Source: Candidatus Planktophila sp.
GTDB lineage: Bacteria; Actinomycetota; Actinomycetes; Nanopelagicales; Nanopelagicaceae
Length of the DNA stretch: 64,000 nucleotides
Direction: 5' to 3'
Assembly: GCA_044348425.1 (NCBI GenBank)
Contig: JBIKSV010000001.1
Coordinates: 2,079 to 66,078 of the forward strand
Both the position numbers and the translations under genes were made by a program. Below, piece after piece: positions 19,076 through 31,739 of the stretch (positions within the stretch are counted from its first letter, which is position 1; every line of letters starts with the position of its first letter). The notes under the pieces were generated by a model, which saw only the letters and a program-made list of their open reading frames with translations, made no database searches and was not told the DNA's origin.

Positions 19076-19654
19076 GTGCTACTAAGTGACCGCGATATCC
19101 GTGCCCAGATTGCCGAAAAGCGTGTGGGGGTCGAGCCATTCTCTGATGCGATGATCCAGCCGTCATCGGTAGATGTCCGCCTCGATAAGTTCTTCCGAGT
19201 CTTCGAAAACCATAAATACGAGGTCATCGATCCGGCGCTCGAGCAACCAGAGCTCACTCGCGAGATTGTCGCCGAAGATGGCGAAGCATTTATCTTGCAC
19301 CCAGGCGAATTCGTTCTCGCCAGCACCTACGAAGTAATCACGCTCCCCGACGATATCGCGGGACGTTTAGAGGGAAAGTCATCTTTAGGTCGCCTCGGTC
19401 TCTTGACCCACTCAACAGCAGGATTTATCGATCCAGGATTTTCGGGGCACATCACCCTGGAGCTCTCTAATGTCGCAAACCTTCCTGTGAAGTTATACCC
19501 AGGGATGAAAATCGGTCAGCTCTGTCTCGTTAAGCTTTCATCGCCGGCAGAACACCCATACGGTTCAGCGCAATATCTCAACCGTTACCAGGGGCAGCGC
19601 GGGCCAACCGCAAGCCGTTCATTTATGAACTTTCACCGCAGTATTATCAAATAG
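19076..19654 (+). CDS. dcd: dCTP deaminase
   Basis: [41 protein letters not shown]. Confidence 0.96.
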   Translation: MLLSDRDIRAQIAEKRVGVEPFSDAMIQPSSVDVRLDKFFRVFENHKYEVIDPALEQPELTREIVAEDGEAFILHPGEFVLASTYEVITLPDDIAGRLEGKSSLGRLGLLTHSTAGFIDPGFSGHITLELSNVANLPVKLYPGMKIGQLCLVKLSSPAEHPYGSAQYLNRYQGQRGPTASRSFMNFHRSIIK

Positions 19655-19692
19655 CCGGGAATACCACCCGGAGAAATCGGGTTAGATAAGCC

Positions 19693-20244
19693 ATGGAAAT
19701 AATCATCGTTCTCGCCGTACTTGGCCTCATCGCTCTCTTCTTAATCGCCCAATACAACCGCCTTGTCAGACTCAATATCACTGTTGATGAGGCATGGGCA
19801 CAGATTGAGGTTCAACTCAAGCGTCGTGCAGATCTGATTCCTAACTTAGTAGAGACTGTTAAAGGTTATGCCGCACACGAACAAGGGACCCTTGACGCAG
19901 TCATTACTGCGCGCGCTGCATCAACAAGTGCCACAACAATCGGTGAAGTGTCCAAGGCCGATGGTGCACTCACCAATGCACTTCGTGGTTTGTTAGCCGT
20001 TGCTGAGGCGTATCCAGATCTCAAGGCATCAGCAAACTTTCTCTCATTGCAAGAAGAGCTTTCAACAACAGAAAATAAAGTTTCTTTCGCACGCCAGTTC
20101 TATAACGATAATGTGCGTAATCTCAATCAAGCGGTTGCAACTATTCCAACAAGTTTCTTCGCCGGCTTTGCAAAGGTAGAGGCTCGTAACTTCTACGAAG
20201 TTGAAAACCCTGCAGATCGCGAAGTTCCTAACGTAAAGTTCTAA
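19693..20244 (+). CDS. lemA: LemA family protein
   Basis: N-terminal TM, QLKRRADLIPNLVETVKGYA, EAYPDLKA. Confidence 0.93.
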   Translation: MEIIIVLAVLGLIALFLIAQYNRLVRLNITVDEAWAQIEVQLKRRADLIPNLVETVKGYAAHEQGTLDAVITARAASTSATTIGEVSKADGALTNALRGLLAVAEAYPDLKASANFLSLQEELSTTENKVSFARQFYNDNVRNLNQAVATIPTSFFAGFAKVEARNFYEVENPADREVPNVKF

Positions 20245-20257
20245 GGCATATTAATTA

Positions 20258-21181
20258 ATGGCTAATACCAGCGACTTTAGAGCTGCGCAGTCAGCAAATA
20301 AGGGCAAGACATATTTCTTACTTGCCTCTATGGGTGTTTTGACGTGGCTCGTTGCTTACGCAGCACTCACATACTTTGGCGTGGGTACTGCATCTGCAAT
20401 TGTTCCGATTGCTGTTGGTATTTCACTTATCGGTGTCTGGGGTTCGTATTACGGCTCAGATAAATTAGTTTTAACGATGACGGGCGCAAAACTTATTCAA
20501 CGTGAAGATGCACCAGAGCTCTTTAATCTTATTGAAGAGATTGTTATCGCCTCAGGTCTGCCGATGCCCAAAGTGGCCATCGTCGAAGATACAGCGCCCA
20601 ATGCATTTGCCACAGGGCGCGATCCAGAGCACGCCCTCATTGCATTTACAACACGAATTCTTGAAGTTATGGACCGTGATGAACTTCAAGGCGTGATCGC
20701 CCACGAACTAAGCCATGTAGCAAACCGCGACACTTTGGTCTCAGCAGTTGCTGCGACGACGGCAGGTGCGATTGCGATACTCAGTGACTTTATGGCGCGG
20801 ATGATGTTCTTTGGCGGAGGCCGCGATCGCCGCGATGGAAACTCAAACCCACTTCTCCTAGTTGTCTCTCTCTTTATTATGATTTTGGCGCCAATGGCTG
20901 CCATGCTCCTAAAATCTGCAATTTCCCGTAAGCGTGAATCTCTCGCCGACGCCACAGCGGTCTCATTTACGCGAAACCCTGCCGGACTTCGTAAAGCGCT
21001 AGAGGTATTAGCTGCAGACTCAACTGTTGTTCGACAGAAATCAAATGCCGTCGCGCATATCTGGATTGAATCCCCGCTCGATGGAAAATCACTATCGAAG
21101 CTATTTAGTACTCATCCACCGATTGAAGAGCGGATTGCAACGTTGCGAGCAATGGAATCACTCGGGCCCTCAAAGAATTAG
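20258..21181 (+). CDS. htpX: M48 zinc metalloprotease HtpX
   Basis: PNAFATG, HELSH, RESLADA, FSTHPP; paired with lemA. Confidence 0.9.
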   Translation: MANTSDFRAAQSANKGKTYFLLASMGVLTWLVAYAALTYFGVGTASAIVPIAVGISLIGVWGSYYGSDKLVLTMTGAKLIQREDAPELFNLIEEIVIASGLPMPKVAIVEDTAPNAFATGRDPEHALIAFTTRILEVMDRDELQGVIAHELSHVANRDTLVSAVAATTAGAIAILSDFMARMMFFGGGRDRRDGNSNPLLLVVSLFIMILAPMAAMLLKSAISRKRESLADATAVSFTRNPAGLRKALEVLAADSTVVRQKSNAVAHIWIESPLDGKSLSKLFSTHPPIEERIATLRAMESLGPSKN

Positions 21182-21215
21182 TTACTTATCCTCTGGTTAC
21201 TTATCACATTCATTC

Positions 21216-22676
21216 TTAGAGTGGGAAGAAGAGCGTGAATTTTGCTCCATTGCCGGGCTCTGATTGAACTGAGACCGAACCACCATGGGCGCGCATAACA
21301 GCGTCCACTATTGATAATCCAAGGCCACTGCCTTCACCATCAACGCGCGCACGCGAAGGATCTGCGCGATAGAAGCGTTGAAAGATTTTATTTTGGGCTT
21401 CAGGAGATAACCCAGGACCATTGTCAGAGACAGCAACTGCAACACCTAAAGCCTCTTGCGAAATAGTTAAGGCAACCTGACTTCCCATCGGAGTATGTAC
21501 GCCAGCATTGGCGAGCAAATTAGCGATGACCTGATGGACACGAGGGGCATCACCTAAGATAAATATTTCATGGGATGGTTTTTCAAGTTCAATTTTATGA
21601 TGCGGGTTAGAGACGCGTGCTGAAGAGACCGCGGCATCAACGATGTCTACGAGATTAATTGGCTTCATCTCCATTTGACGCTCTTCATCGAGTCGAGCAA
21701 GTAGTAAGAGATTCTCAACTAAGGTGCTCATGCGAACAGATTCACCTTCAATTCTTGCCACTAAATCTTTAGTTGGTTGCTCTCCTTGCACAGCACCTTG
21801 ACGATAGAGCTCAGAGAAACCGCGAATCGCAGTTATTGGTGTGCGGAGTTCGTGGCTAGCGTCGGCGACAAAACGACGCAAACGATCTTCAGACTCAACT
21901 CGCGCAGCAAATGACCCTTCGATTCGCGAAAGCATGGAATTGAGCGCAGTAACCAAACGCCCGACTTCAGTATCGGGATTGGCATCTGGCATACGGACCG
22001 AGAGGTTACCTCCCGCAATTTCTCCAGCAGTTGCCTCTACATCTTTAAGGGGCCGCATACCGATACGAATAACAAGGCGAGTCGCCACAGTGATCAGCGT
22101 CAATAAGAGAAGCCCAATAAGTAGAAAGAGAAGCCCAAGTCTGTCCACTGTGCGGTTGAGATCTCCCAATGATTGCGCAGCTACAACCGAACCGGCACCG
22201 TTCGGTAATACAACAGCGATTGCACGGAAATCATCACGAGTACCTTTTACAGTAAAGGCTTCACCATTGAGATCGGCAACGTCCTGCATAGATAAACCAC
22301 CGAGATAATTAGCGATTGGTGATGAGTTGAGATCTCCACCTAATTCAGCGAGAACAGTGCCATTTGAATCGAGAAGAGAGATCGATGTAGAGGTCGGAAT
22401 TCGTTGCAGAGGAGTGGCAACAATCAAAGGACGATTTTTCCGGCGCTCATCGCGATTCTCTTCGAAATCGTCACTATCTGCAATACCGAAAGCTGCAACG
22501 CGGGGCAGAGTGCCACCGGATAGAGCTACTAACTGCGAATCAACCTGATGTAAGAGATACCCCTTAAGTGCTTGCTGTGCAATAACACCAGAGATTACAT
22601 AACCAGTTGCTGTAAGAATAAGAATGCCGAAAGTTATTCGCCTTCTCAGACTCCAGGTAGCAATAGGACTTTTCAT
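21216..22676 (-). CDS. two-component sensor histidine kinase (HAMP-HisKA-HATPase)
   Basis: Two TM segments, ADASHELRTP, NLLANA, DNGPG, GSGLGL. Confidence 0.93.
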   Translation of the reverse strand: MKSPIATWSLRRRITFGILILTATGYVISGVIAQQALKGYLLHQVDSQLVALSGGTLPRVAAFGIADSDDFEENRDERRKNRPLIVATPLQRIPTSTSISLLDSNGTVLAELGGDLNSSPIANYLGGLSMQDVADLNGEAFTVKGTRDDFRAIAVVLPNGAGSVVAAQSLGDLNRTVDRLGLLFLLIGLLLLTLITVATRLVIRIGMRPLKDVEATAGEIAGGNLSVRMPDANPDTEVGRLVTALNSMLSRIEGSFAARVESEDRLRRFVADASHELRTPITAIRGFSELYRQGAVQGEQPTKDLVARIEGESVRMSTLVENLLLLARLDEERQMEMKPINLVDIVDAAVSSARVSNPHHKIELEKPSHEIFILGDAPRVHQVIANLLANAGVHTPMGSQVALTISQEALGVAVAVSDNGPGLSPEAQNKIFQRFYRADPSRARVDGEGSGLGLSIVDAVMRAHGGSVSVQSEPGNGAKFTLFFPL

Positions 22677-22702
22677 TTCTTCCGCATCCAGTTATTCGGT
22701 AA

Positions 22703-23410
22703 CTACTCTGTAGGGACTATTCGCAGACGGTATCCAACACCACGAACTGTGTGGATGAGTGCAGGCTCGGTGATATCAATCTTCTTACGAAGGTAGGAGA
22801 TGTAAGTTTCAACTATTCCAGCGTCGCCACCAAAATCGTAATCCCAGACATGATCTAAAATTTGAGCTTTAGAAACAACACGATCGGCGTTGATGAGTAA
22901 GTAACGTAGCAATGTAAATTCAGTGGGGGATAAATCAATTAAGTTGCCGGCGCGATGAACTTCGTGAGCAGCCTCATTAAGTTCTAAATCTGCAAATGAA
23001 ATTTTCTCATCATTGACATCTTGTTCTACGACGCCGATGCGACGTAATAGTGCACGTAGACGCGCAACGAGTTCTTCAAGGCTAAATGGCTTTGTCATAT
23101 AGTCATCGCCGCCAATTGTGAGACCTTGCACTTTATCTTTCATCTCATCTTTTGCAGATAAGAAGAGAACACCTATCGGGTGGCCTTCATCGCGAATACG
23201 CCGACAGACTTCAAAGCCATCGAGATCGGGCAACATCACATCAAGAATCATCGCGTGCGGTTTAAATTCTTCAGCAACTGTAAGAGCTTGCGAACCGGTA
23301 GCAGCGGTGCGAACATCGAAGCCAACAAATTTAAGGCTTGTAGAAATGAGATCGCTGATGTTGGGCTCGTCATCAACTACGAGGATTCGAAAGAGTTCGC
23401 CTTGTTTCAT
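22703..23410 (-). CDS. OmpR-family response regulator (PhoP/TrcR-like)
   Basis: VVDDE, LDVMLP, KPFS, winged helix VETYISYLRKK...TVRGVGY. Confidence 0.93.
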   Translation of the reverse strand: MKQGELFRILVVDDEPNISDLISTSLKFVGFDVRTAATGSQALTVAEEFKPHAMILDVMLPDLDGFEVCRRIRDEGHPIGVLFLSAKDEMKDKVQGLTIGGDDYMTKPFSLEELVARLRALLRRIGVVEQDVNDEKISFADLELNEAAHEVHRAGNLIDLSPTEFTLLRYLLINADRVVSKAQILDHVWDYDFGGDAGIVETYISYLRKKIDITEPALIHTVRGVGYRLRIVPTE

Positions 23411-23431
23411 GGCTCAATACTCCTTGGCGAA

Positions 23432-23458
23432 GCTGGGGGTTAGCTGAGAAATCTGAGA
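23432..23458 (-). promoter_or_regulatory. candidate autoregulatory OmpR-family direct-repeat box
   Basis: Minus strand TCTCAGA-tt-TCTCAGC-taac-CCCCAGC, 22-48 nt upstream of the regulator ATG. Confidence 0.45.
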
Positions 23459-23623
23459 AGAAAGGCGGGGGTAAATCACGCTTATCCCCGAGCGAAAATG
23501 GGTTATAAATGGTGTGAGGCTAGGAGGGAGCCTAGGAAAGGGAGCGAAAGGGCGTAATTTCCCGCGTCTAAGGCTTTTAGCGGTATTTACAGATCTGATA
23601 TACCACTAGGATAATTACCCTGA

Positions 23624-25680
<2,057 letters not shown>

Positions 25681-25681
<1 letters not shown>

Positions 25682-28179
25682 TGAGCGACGAAAAAATAAC
25701 AGCACCCGACTCGAGCGGAGCAACCTATGACCGCGTAGAGACTGTTGACCTACAAGTTGAGATGGCGCGAAGCTATCTTGATTATGCGATGTCAGTCATT
25801 GTTGGTCGCGCACTGCCTGATGTTCGTGATGGGCTGAAGCCAGTTCACCGCCGCGTCTTATATGCAATGTTTGATGCCGGTTATCGCCCAGATAAGGGTT
25901 ATTACAAATCGTCTCGTATCGTCGGTGACGTCATGGGTAATTACCACCCACATGGTGACACAGCAATCTATGACTCTGTAGTCCGCTTAGCTCAGCCATG
26001 GTCGCTTCGCTACCCATTAGTTGATGGCAATGGAAACTTTGGCTCTCCCGGCAACGATCCAGCTGCAGCTATGCGTTATACCGAAGCCCGCTTGGCGCCA
26101 CTTGCCATGGAGATGATGCGCGATATCGATGAAGATACCGTCAACTTCTCACCAAACTACGATGGCCGCTCACAAGAGCCAGATGTTCTACCTTCACGTT
26201 TTCCCAATCTTTTAGTTAATGGTTCTGCTGGTATCGCAGTCGGAATGGCTACAAATATTCCGCCACATAATTTACGTGAAATTGGCGAAGCAGTTATCTA
26301 TACCCTCGAACACCTAGATCAATCACCGGAAGATTTACTTGCACATTTATTAACTGTTGTGAAAGGCCCAGATTTCCCAACCAAGGCGCTCATCGTAGGT
26401 CGCGGCGGAATCGAAGATGCTTATCGAACCGGTCGTGGTTCGATCACCATGCGTGCAGTTGTAAATGTTGAAGAGATTAATAAGCGCACATGTCTTGTTG
26501 TCACCGAGCTTCCTTATCAGGTTAACCCAGATAACTTAGCTCTCAAGATTGCTGAGCTTGTTAAGGATGGCAAGATCAAAGGCATCGCTGATGTACGCGA
26601 TGAAGGTAACGAACGTTTAGGTCAACGCCTCGTCATTGTCTTGCAGACTTCAGCTATCCCAAAGGTTGTACTTAACAATCTCTTTAAGCAGACCCAGCTG
26701 CAAGATACATTTGGCGCAAATATGTTGGCTCTGGTCGACGGTGTTCCTCGTACCTTGCGCCTTGATGAATTTATTAAGTATTACATCGAACATCAGATCG
26801 AAGTTATTGTCCGTCGCACCAAGTTCCGACTTGTCGAAAAAGAGAAGCGCGCCCATATCTTGCAGGGCTATCTCAAGGCACTTGATGCACTCGATGCTGT
26901 GATTGCCCTGATTCGCGCCTCTAAGACGCCAGAGGAAGCGCGTACCGGCTTAATGAAGCTGCTTGATGTTGATGAGATTCAGGCCAATGCAATTTTGGAT
27001 ATGCAGCTTCGTCGTATCGCGGCTCTGGAGCGCCAGAAGATCAATGACGAATACGAAGGCTTAATGGCAGACATCATCGAACTCAACGCTATCTTGGCAT
27101 CAGAGGCCAAACAGCGTGAGATTGTGAAGAGCGAGCTATCAGATCTCGTTATTAAGTATGGAGATGAGCGCCGCACGCAGCTCGTTGCCAGCGAAGGTGA
27201 TTTCTCTGCAGAGGATTTGATTCCGGATCACGATGTAGTTGTCACAATCACCCATGGCGGATATTCAAAGCGCACAACTGCAGATTTATATAAATCACAA
27301 CGTCGTGGCGGTCGTGGAGTAAAGGGCGCATCTCTAAAGCAAGATGATGTTGTCGACCATTTCTTTGTTGCATCCACCCACGATTGGTTGCTCTTCTTTA
27401 CCAATCAGGGGCGCGTCTATCGCGCCAAGGTCCACGAACTTCCTGATGCAGGACGCGATGCCCGCGGTCAACATGTAGCAAATCTTCTAGCATTTAAACC
27501 AGATGAAACCATTGCGCAAGTTCTCTCCTTTAAAGATTACAACGCAGCTCCGTTCTTAGTGTTAGCAACTAAGGGTGGGCTCATTAAGAAGACTCCTTTA
27601 ATTGAATACGATTCACCGCGCACAGGTGGGTTGATTGCAATCAATCTCAAGGGTGGCGATGAAGTTGTATCTGCAACTTTGGCTGCTGATGGTGATGAGA
27701 TTCTTCTCGTTTCACGGAAAGCGATGTCGGTGAGATTTGTTTGTAACGAAGAATCATTGCGCTCGATGGGTCGATCAACATCAGGTGTTATTGGCATGAA
27801 GTTCCGCGCCGGCGATGAGCTATTAACGATGTCACGAGTTGATAGCGCTAATTCATTTGTCTTTACTGCAACCGATGGTGGTTACGGAAAGAAGACACCA
27901 ATCGAGGAGTACCGCCTACAAGGTCGCGGCGGTATTGGAATCAAGGCTGCAAAGATTGATGAGGACTCACGTGGCACTCTCGTCTCAGCGTTAGTGATTA
28001 TTGATAGCGATGAGATTCTCGCAATTACCAGCGCTGGCACAGTCATGCGCACCCAAGCTTCTGAGATCCGCCAGACAGGCCGTGACTCAATGGGCGTTCG
28101 CCTCGTCAATCTTGATGAAGGTGCAACCTTGCTCACTGTTACCCGCAGCCGGGAAGATGAGATTTCGGAAGAAAAGTAG
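25681..28179 (+). CDS. gyrA: DNA gyrase subunit A
   Basis: [22 protein letters not shown], GyrA-box QRRGGRG, beta-pinwheel C-terminal domain. Confidence 0.97.
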
Positions 28180-28276
28180 TACCCTTTCGCTCTGCTGTTA
28201 TAGGTAAGAGCGTTTTGGTTACTTGAGTAAAATCAAGTATTCTTCGCATTCTGCATATGGACGAAAGTACATCTGC

Positions 28277-28351
28277 GGGCCTATAGCTCAGCCCGGTTAG
28301 AGCGCTTCCCTGATAAGGAAGAGGTCGATGGTTCAAGTCCATCTAGGCCCA
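28277..28351 (+). tRNA. tRNA-Ile (GAT), CCA not encoded
   Basis: GGGCCTA...TAGGCCC acceptor stem, anticodon arm cttcc-ctGATaa-ggaag, TTCAAG T-loop. Confidence 0.96.
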
Positions 28352-28366
28352 CCCCGCACTAACAAC

Positions 28367-28439
28367 GGGGACCTAGCTCAATTGGTAGAGCACCGCCTTT
28401 GCAAGGCGGGGGTTAGGGGTTCGATTCCCCTGGTCTCCA
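28367..28439 (+). tRNA. tRNA-Ala (TGC), CCA not encoded
   Basis: GGGGACC...GGTCTCC acceptor stem with G3:U70, anticodon arm ccgcc-ttTGCaa-ggcgg. Confidence 0.96.
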
Positions 28440-28500
28440 CAACGTAGTGAAGGAGAGCGTAAAGATGGTCTCCACAACGAAGTGAAAAAGATAGTAAAAA
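28431..28500. repeat. 35-bp-period direct repeat duplicating the tRNA-Ala 3' end
   Basis: tggtctccacaacgtagtgaa (28431-51) versus tggtctccacaacgaagtgaa (28466-86), 20/21 identical; the rest of each unit is degenerate. Confidence 0.85.
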
Positions 28501-28533
28501 CCCCACCGGATAACCGGCGGGGCTTTTTACTTT
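28493..28533. terminator. bidirectional intrinsic terminator between the tRNA operon and the ABC permease
   Basis: agtaaaaa-ccccaccgg-ataa-ccggcgggg-ctttttact. Confidence 0.8.
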
Positions 28534-28566
28534 ACATCTCTTATTGCGCTGCTATTTACGGCACTG

Positions 28567-29433
28567 CTATCCCTTGATTGAACCTGCTGTCATACCCGCA
28601 ACGATCCTCTTATTGAAGAAGATAAAGGCGAGAAGTGGGAAAGCGGTGATGTACAAAATATCGGTAAACAATAAGTTGTACTGCGTCGAATAACGGCTGA
28701 CGTAGTTAAAGAGCGTCTGCTGCAACGTTGCATTCTCTTCACCCGGCAAGTAGTACAACGGGTTGGTAAAGTCGTTAAAGACTGCTGCGGTAGCGATAAT
28801 TCCGATTGTGATTGTGACAGGCTTCAAAAGAGGGAAAATCACTCGGAAGTAGAGTCCCCAACCGGTGCAGCCATCAATCATTGCCGCTTCATCGATTTCG
28901 CGAGGAATTGTTGACATGAAGTTACGGAAGATAAGAACTGCAAATGCCAGGCCATATGCCACCTGGATCATAATCATTCCTGTCATAGTCTTATAGAGAC
29001 CGAGGCGCTGCAACACCCAGATGGTTGGGACAATCGCTGGGGGAACAACGAGGGCAGTCAAAACGAAGATATTACCGACGGTTGTCACAATATTTCGCTT
29101 ACGGTGCATGACATAACCAGTCATTCCGCTGATGATGATCAAGAAGAAGACTGAACCGATTGTCATGACAAGTGAGTTCCAGGTGGAGCGCAGAACCATG
29201 TAGTCATTATCTGTAATAACTGTCTTGAAGTTGGTCCAGAGCTGCCATTCTTTCGGCGGAGACATGTTTAAGCGGAATGAATCTTCTTCATTCTTGCCAG
29301 CGTTCACTAGTAAGAAATAAAAGGGGAGGATAAAGACAACGACAGTCAAGATTACGCCGACAATGTCGTTCCAGATGCTGCGGTACTTAACTTTAGGCTT
29401 TGCAACCTTATCTTTATTGCGGCTGAGTATCAC
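28567..29433 (-). CDS. carbohydrate ABC transporter permease (MalG-like)
   Basis: EAA loop IPREIDEAAMIDGC; GMTAGSIKG C-terminus. Confidence 0.93.
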   Translation of the reverse strand: MILSRNKDKVAKPKVKYRSIWNDIVGVILTVVVFILPFYFLLVNAGKNEEDSFRLNMSPPKEWQLWTNFKTVITDNDYMVLRSTWNSLVMTIGSVFFLIIISGMTGYVMHRKRNIVTTVGNIFVLTALVVPPAIVPTIWVLQRLGLYKTMTGMIMIQVAYGLAFAVLIFRNFMSTIPREIDEAAMIDGCTGWGLYFRVIFPLLKPVTITIGIIATAAVFNDFTNPLYYLPGEENATLQQTLFNYVSRYSTQYNLLFTDILYITAFPLLAFIFFNKRIVAGMTAGSIKG

Positions 29434-30326
29434 ATTGTCACCTCTCTCTTATTGAGGAACCTCGCTAATGGGAATACCAAGATCGAGACTAATGCGAAGA
29501 GAATTACATTTCCTGCAGTAGCAAGGCCGAAGTAGCCTGAGGTGTACTGCTTGTAATTAATTGACCCCAAAACGTCTGTAATAAAGCCAGGGCCACCACC
29601 GGTCATCGCCCAAATTAAGTCGAAGGATCTCAAACCGCCCACGAAGGAGAGGATAATGACGGTAAACATCGCTGGGCGAACAAGTGGAAGAGTAATTTGA
29701 TAGAACTGCTGGCGCTTACTTGCGCCATCAATAGATGCAGCTTCATAATAATCAGTAGGAATCGCAGCGATACCTGCGATATAAATAAGGGTTGCGATAC
29801 CAACACCTTTCCAAACATCAACCATTGAGACAGAGATAATTGGAAGCAAGTTTGGATCAACTAACCAGCCAGGACCATCAGTGGTGATGCCAATGAGTCC
29901 AGCAGCCCACTTGATAAATTGATTTACAACACCTTCCCAAGGATTAAGCAAGATTGAGAAAGTGATTCCGACTCCGATAGTACTTACGAGAGTCGGGAAA
30001 AATAGAACAGAGCGCATAAATCCTGAAGTGCGCAATTTTGATGAGAGGAAGCTGGCAAGGTAGAGGCCAATGATTACCTTGAGCGCACTCGTTAAGAATC
30101 CGTAAATGATTGTATTTCTAAATCCGATACGTAGATATTCTTCAGAGAAGTAGAGGATAAAATTTTCAAATCCGATAAATGTCCACTCTTGAAGTGTCCA
30201 ACGAGTCAAGCTAAAGAACAGCGATAAAACTGTTGGTATAAAGAAAAGGACTATGTATAAAACTGCACCCGGCACAAGGAGCGACATTGGGTATGGGCTC
30301 TTGATCTTGTTTTTTCTCTTCTTCAT
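29430..30326 (-). CDS. carbohydrate ABC transporter permease (MalF-like)
   Basis: FIGFENF, YYEAASIDGA, MTGGGPG. Confidence 0.93.
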   Translation of the reverse strand: MKKRKNKIKSPYPMSLLVPGAVLYIVLFFIPTVLSLFFSLTRWTLQEWTFIGFENFILYFSEEYLRIGFRNTIIYGFLTSALKVIIGLYLASFLSSKLRTSGFMRSVLFFPTLVSTIGVGITFSILLNPWEGVVNQFIKWAAGLIGITTDGPGWLVDPNLLPIISVSMVDVWKGVGIATLIYIAGIAAIPTDYYEAASIDGASKRQQFYQITLPLVRPAMFTVIILSFVGGLRSFDLIWAMTGGGPGFITDVLGSINYKQYTSGYFGLATAGNVILFALVSILVFPLARFLNKREVTM

Positions 30327-30365
30327 TTCACTCCAATGAGGTAAGGGGCATTGATGAAACTATAG

Positions 30366-30401
30366 GAAGAGAACCGGGCCGAAACCGACCCGGTTCTCTT
30401 C
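30366..30401 (-). other. intercistronic stem-loop after the binding-protein gene (mRNA stabiliser or attenuator)
   Basis: gaagagaaccggg-N10-cccggttctcttc, a 13-bp perfect stem. Confidence 0.7.
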
Positions 30402-30434
30402 ACTATTTAGTTATTGCTATTTATTTACTGCTCT

Positions 30435-31739
30435 TTACCAGCCAGGAAGACCGAGCTGCTGTGACTGCTTCTGAAGATCCTTCTGGTACGAATTCGCACC
30501 TTCCAGAGCTGTCTTCTGTCCTGTTCCAATCTCTACACAAATCTGTGAGAGGTTTGGACCCTTTACAGGGGTAAGGAACTCGAGAGCTGGGTAGCTTGCG
30601 CCCTTCTTCTGCATGTAGTTGTAGAGGTCAGTAAATACACCAGTCAAGTTACCTGAAACTGGAGCACCAGTTACGAAGTATGGACCTGATGGAGGTACAA
30701 CCTTGTTCTGAACCTGGAATGACTCCTTAGATACTGTCCAAGCTACAAACTTCTTAGCTTCTGCAAGTTCCTTGGTTGTCTTTGAGATGTACACACCAGC
30801 TGGCATCCAGACTGTTGCACCGTTGCTCTTAGCGTTTGTTCCTGGCTGTGCAAAGAATCCAATATCTGGAGCCTTTGTTGGGAAGTTAGTAACGATTGTG
30901 TCGATACCAGCTGAGAGCATTGGGTAGTGAGCACCCTTGCCAAGTGCTAGATACTCAAGAGCCTTAGCAAATGTTGTTGCTGCAGCATCCTTGTTTGTGT
31001 ATCCAGCTTTTCTGATCTGCTCTAGGTAGGTAAAGCCAGCAAGTGTTGCCTTGTTCTTAGCAAGAACAATCTTGTTCTCTGTGAACTTCTTCTCAAATCC
31101 TGGCATTGCAGCTGCTACGTTGAAGTGATCTCCAAGTACGAATAGCTGCGCTGTCCATGAATCCTTGAATGAGTTGATAACTGGAACAATTCCAGCCTTC
31201 TTGATCTTGGCATTGTTAGCCATGAATTCATTCCATGTTAGAGGAACCTTAAGACCAAGCTGTGCATAAATCTTCTTGTTGTAAAGGATTCCGCCACCCA
31301 TTGCAGTACCAAATGGAGCAGCGTAAACGCCCCCATCAGGACCTGTTGCAGATGGAATAAAACCTGTGTTAACAGTCTTCATCCATGGCTCGTTCTTGAG
31401 GTTTACAAGGTTACGAACTGGATCGATAGCCTGAAGAAGAGCACCAGTGTTGTAAATAAATACATCTGCTGCTGTACCTGATGCAAGCTGTGACTTAAGG
31501 AGTGCATCACCCTCGACGCCACCAGGAACATAGTTGACCTTGATTGTGACATCTGGGTTTGCCTTCATGTAGGCAGCTGTAAGCGCATCCCACATGTTTC
31601 GTGATGTCTCTGAATTTTGGGTTTGGAATGTAAGTTCTGTAGCTGCTTGAGCTGGCGCTGCAAGTGCTGCAGATGCGAGAACGGCAGAGACACCAAATAC
31701 GAGTGCTCTTGAAGTTCTCTTGCTTTGAATAAACTTCAT
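30435..31739 (-). CDS. sugar ABC transporter substrate-binding protein (family 1), probably for rhamnosides or rhamno-oligosaccharides
   Basis: SBP_bac_1-like sequence (GGILYNKKIY...LKVPLTW). Start moved to ATG 31739, which has an AGGAG SD. Specificity inferred only from the shared operator. Confidence 0.88.
   Translation of the reverse strand: MKFIQSKRTSRALVFGVSAVLASAALAAPAQAATELTFQTQNSETSRNMWDALTAAYMKANPDVTIKVNYVPGGVEGDALLKSQLASGTAADVFIYNTGALLQAIDPVRNLVNLKNEPWMKTVNTGFIPSATGPDGGVYAAPFGTAMGGGILYNKKIYAQLGLKVPLTWNEFMANNAKIKKAGIVPVINSFKDSWTAQLFVLGDHFNVAAAMPGFEKKFTENKIVLAKNKATLAGFTYLEQIRKAGYTNKDAAATTFAKALEYLALGKGAHYPMLSAGIDTIVTNFPTKAPDIGFFAQPGTNAKSNGATVWMPAGVYISKTTKELAEAKKFVAWTVSKESFQVQNKVVPPSGPYFVTGAPVSGNLTGVFTDLYNYMQKKGASYPALEFLTPVKGPNLSQICVEIGTGQKTALEGANSYQKDLQKQSQQLGLPGW

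Noticed and set aside
27709-27722. parS-like GTTTCACGGAAAGC inside gyrA
   Set aside because: Does not match the GTTTCACGTGAAAC palindrome without an indel, and is explained by coding sequence.
28431-28500. Mini-CRISPR or intact integrative element at tRNA-Ala
   Set aside because: Only two units, derived from the tRNA end; no cas genes, no integrase, and I saw no distal att copy.
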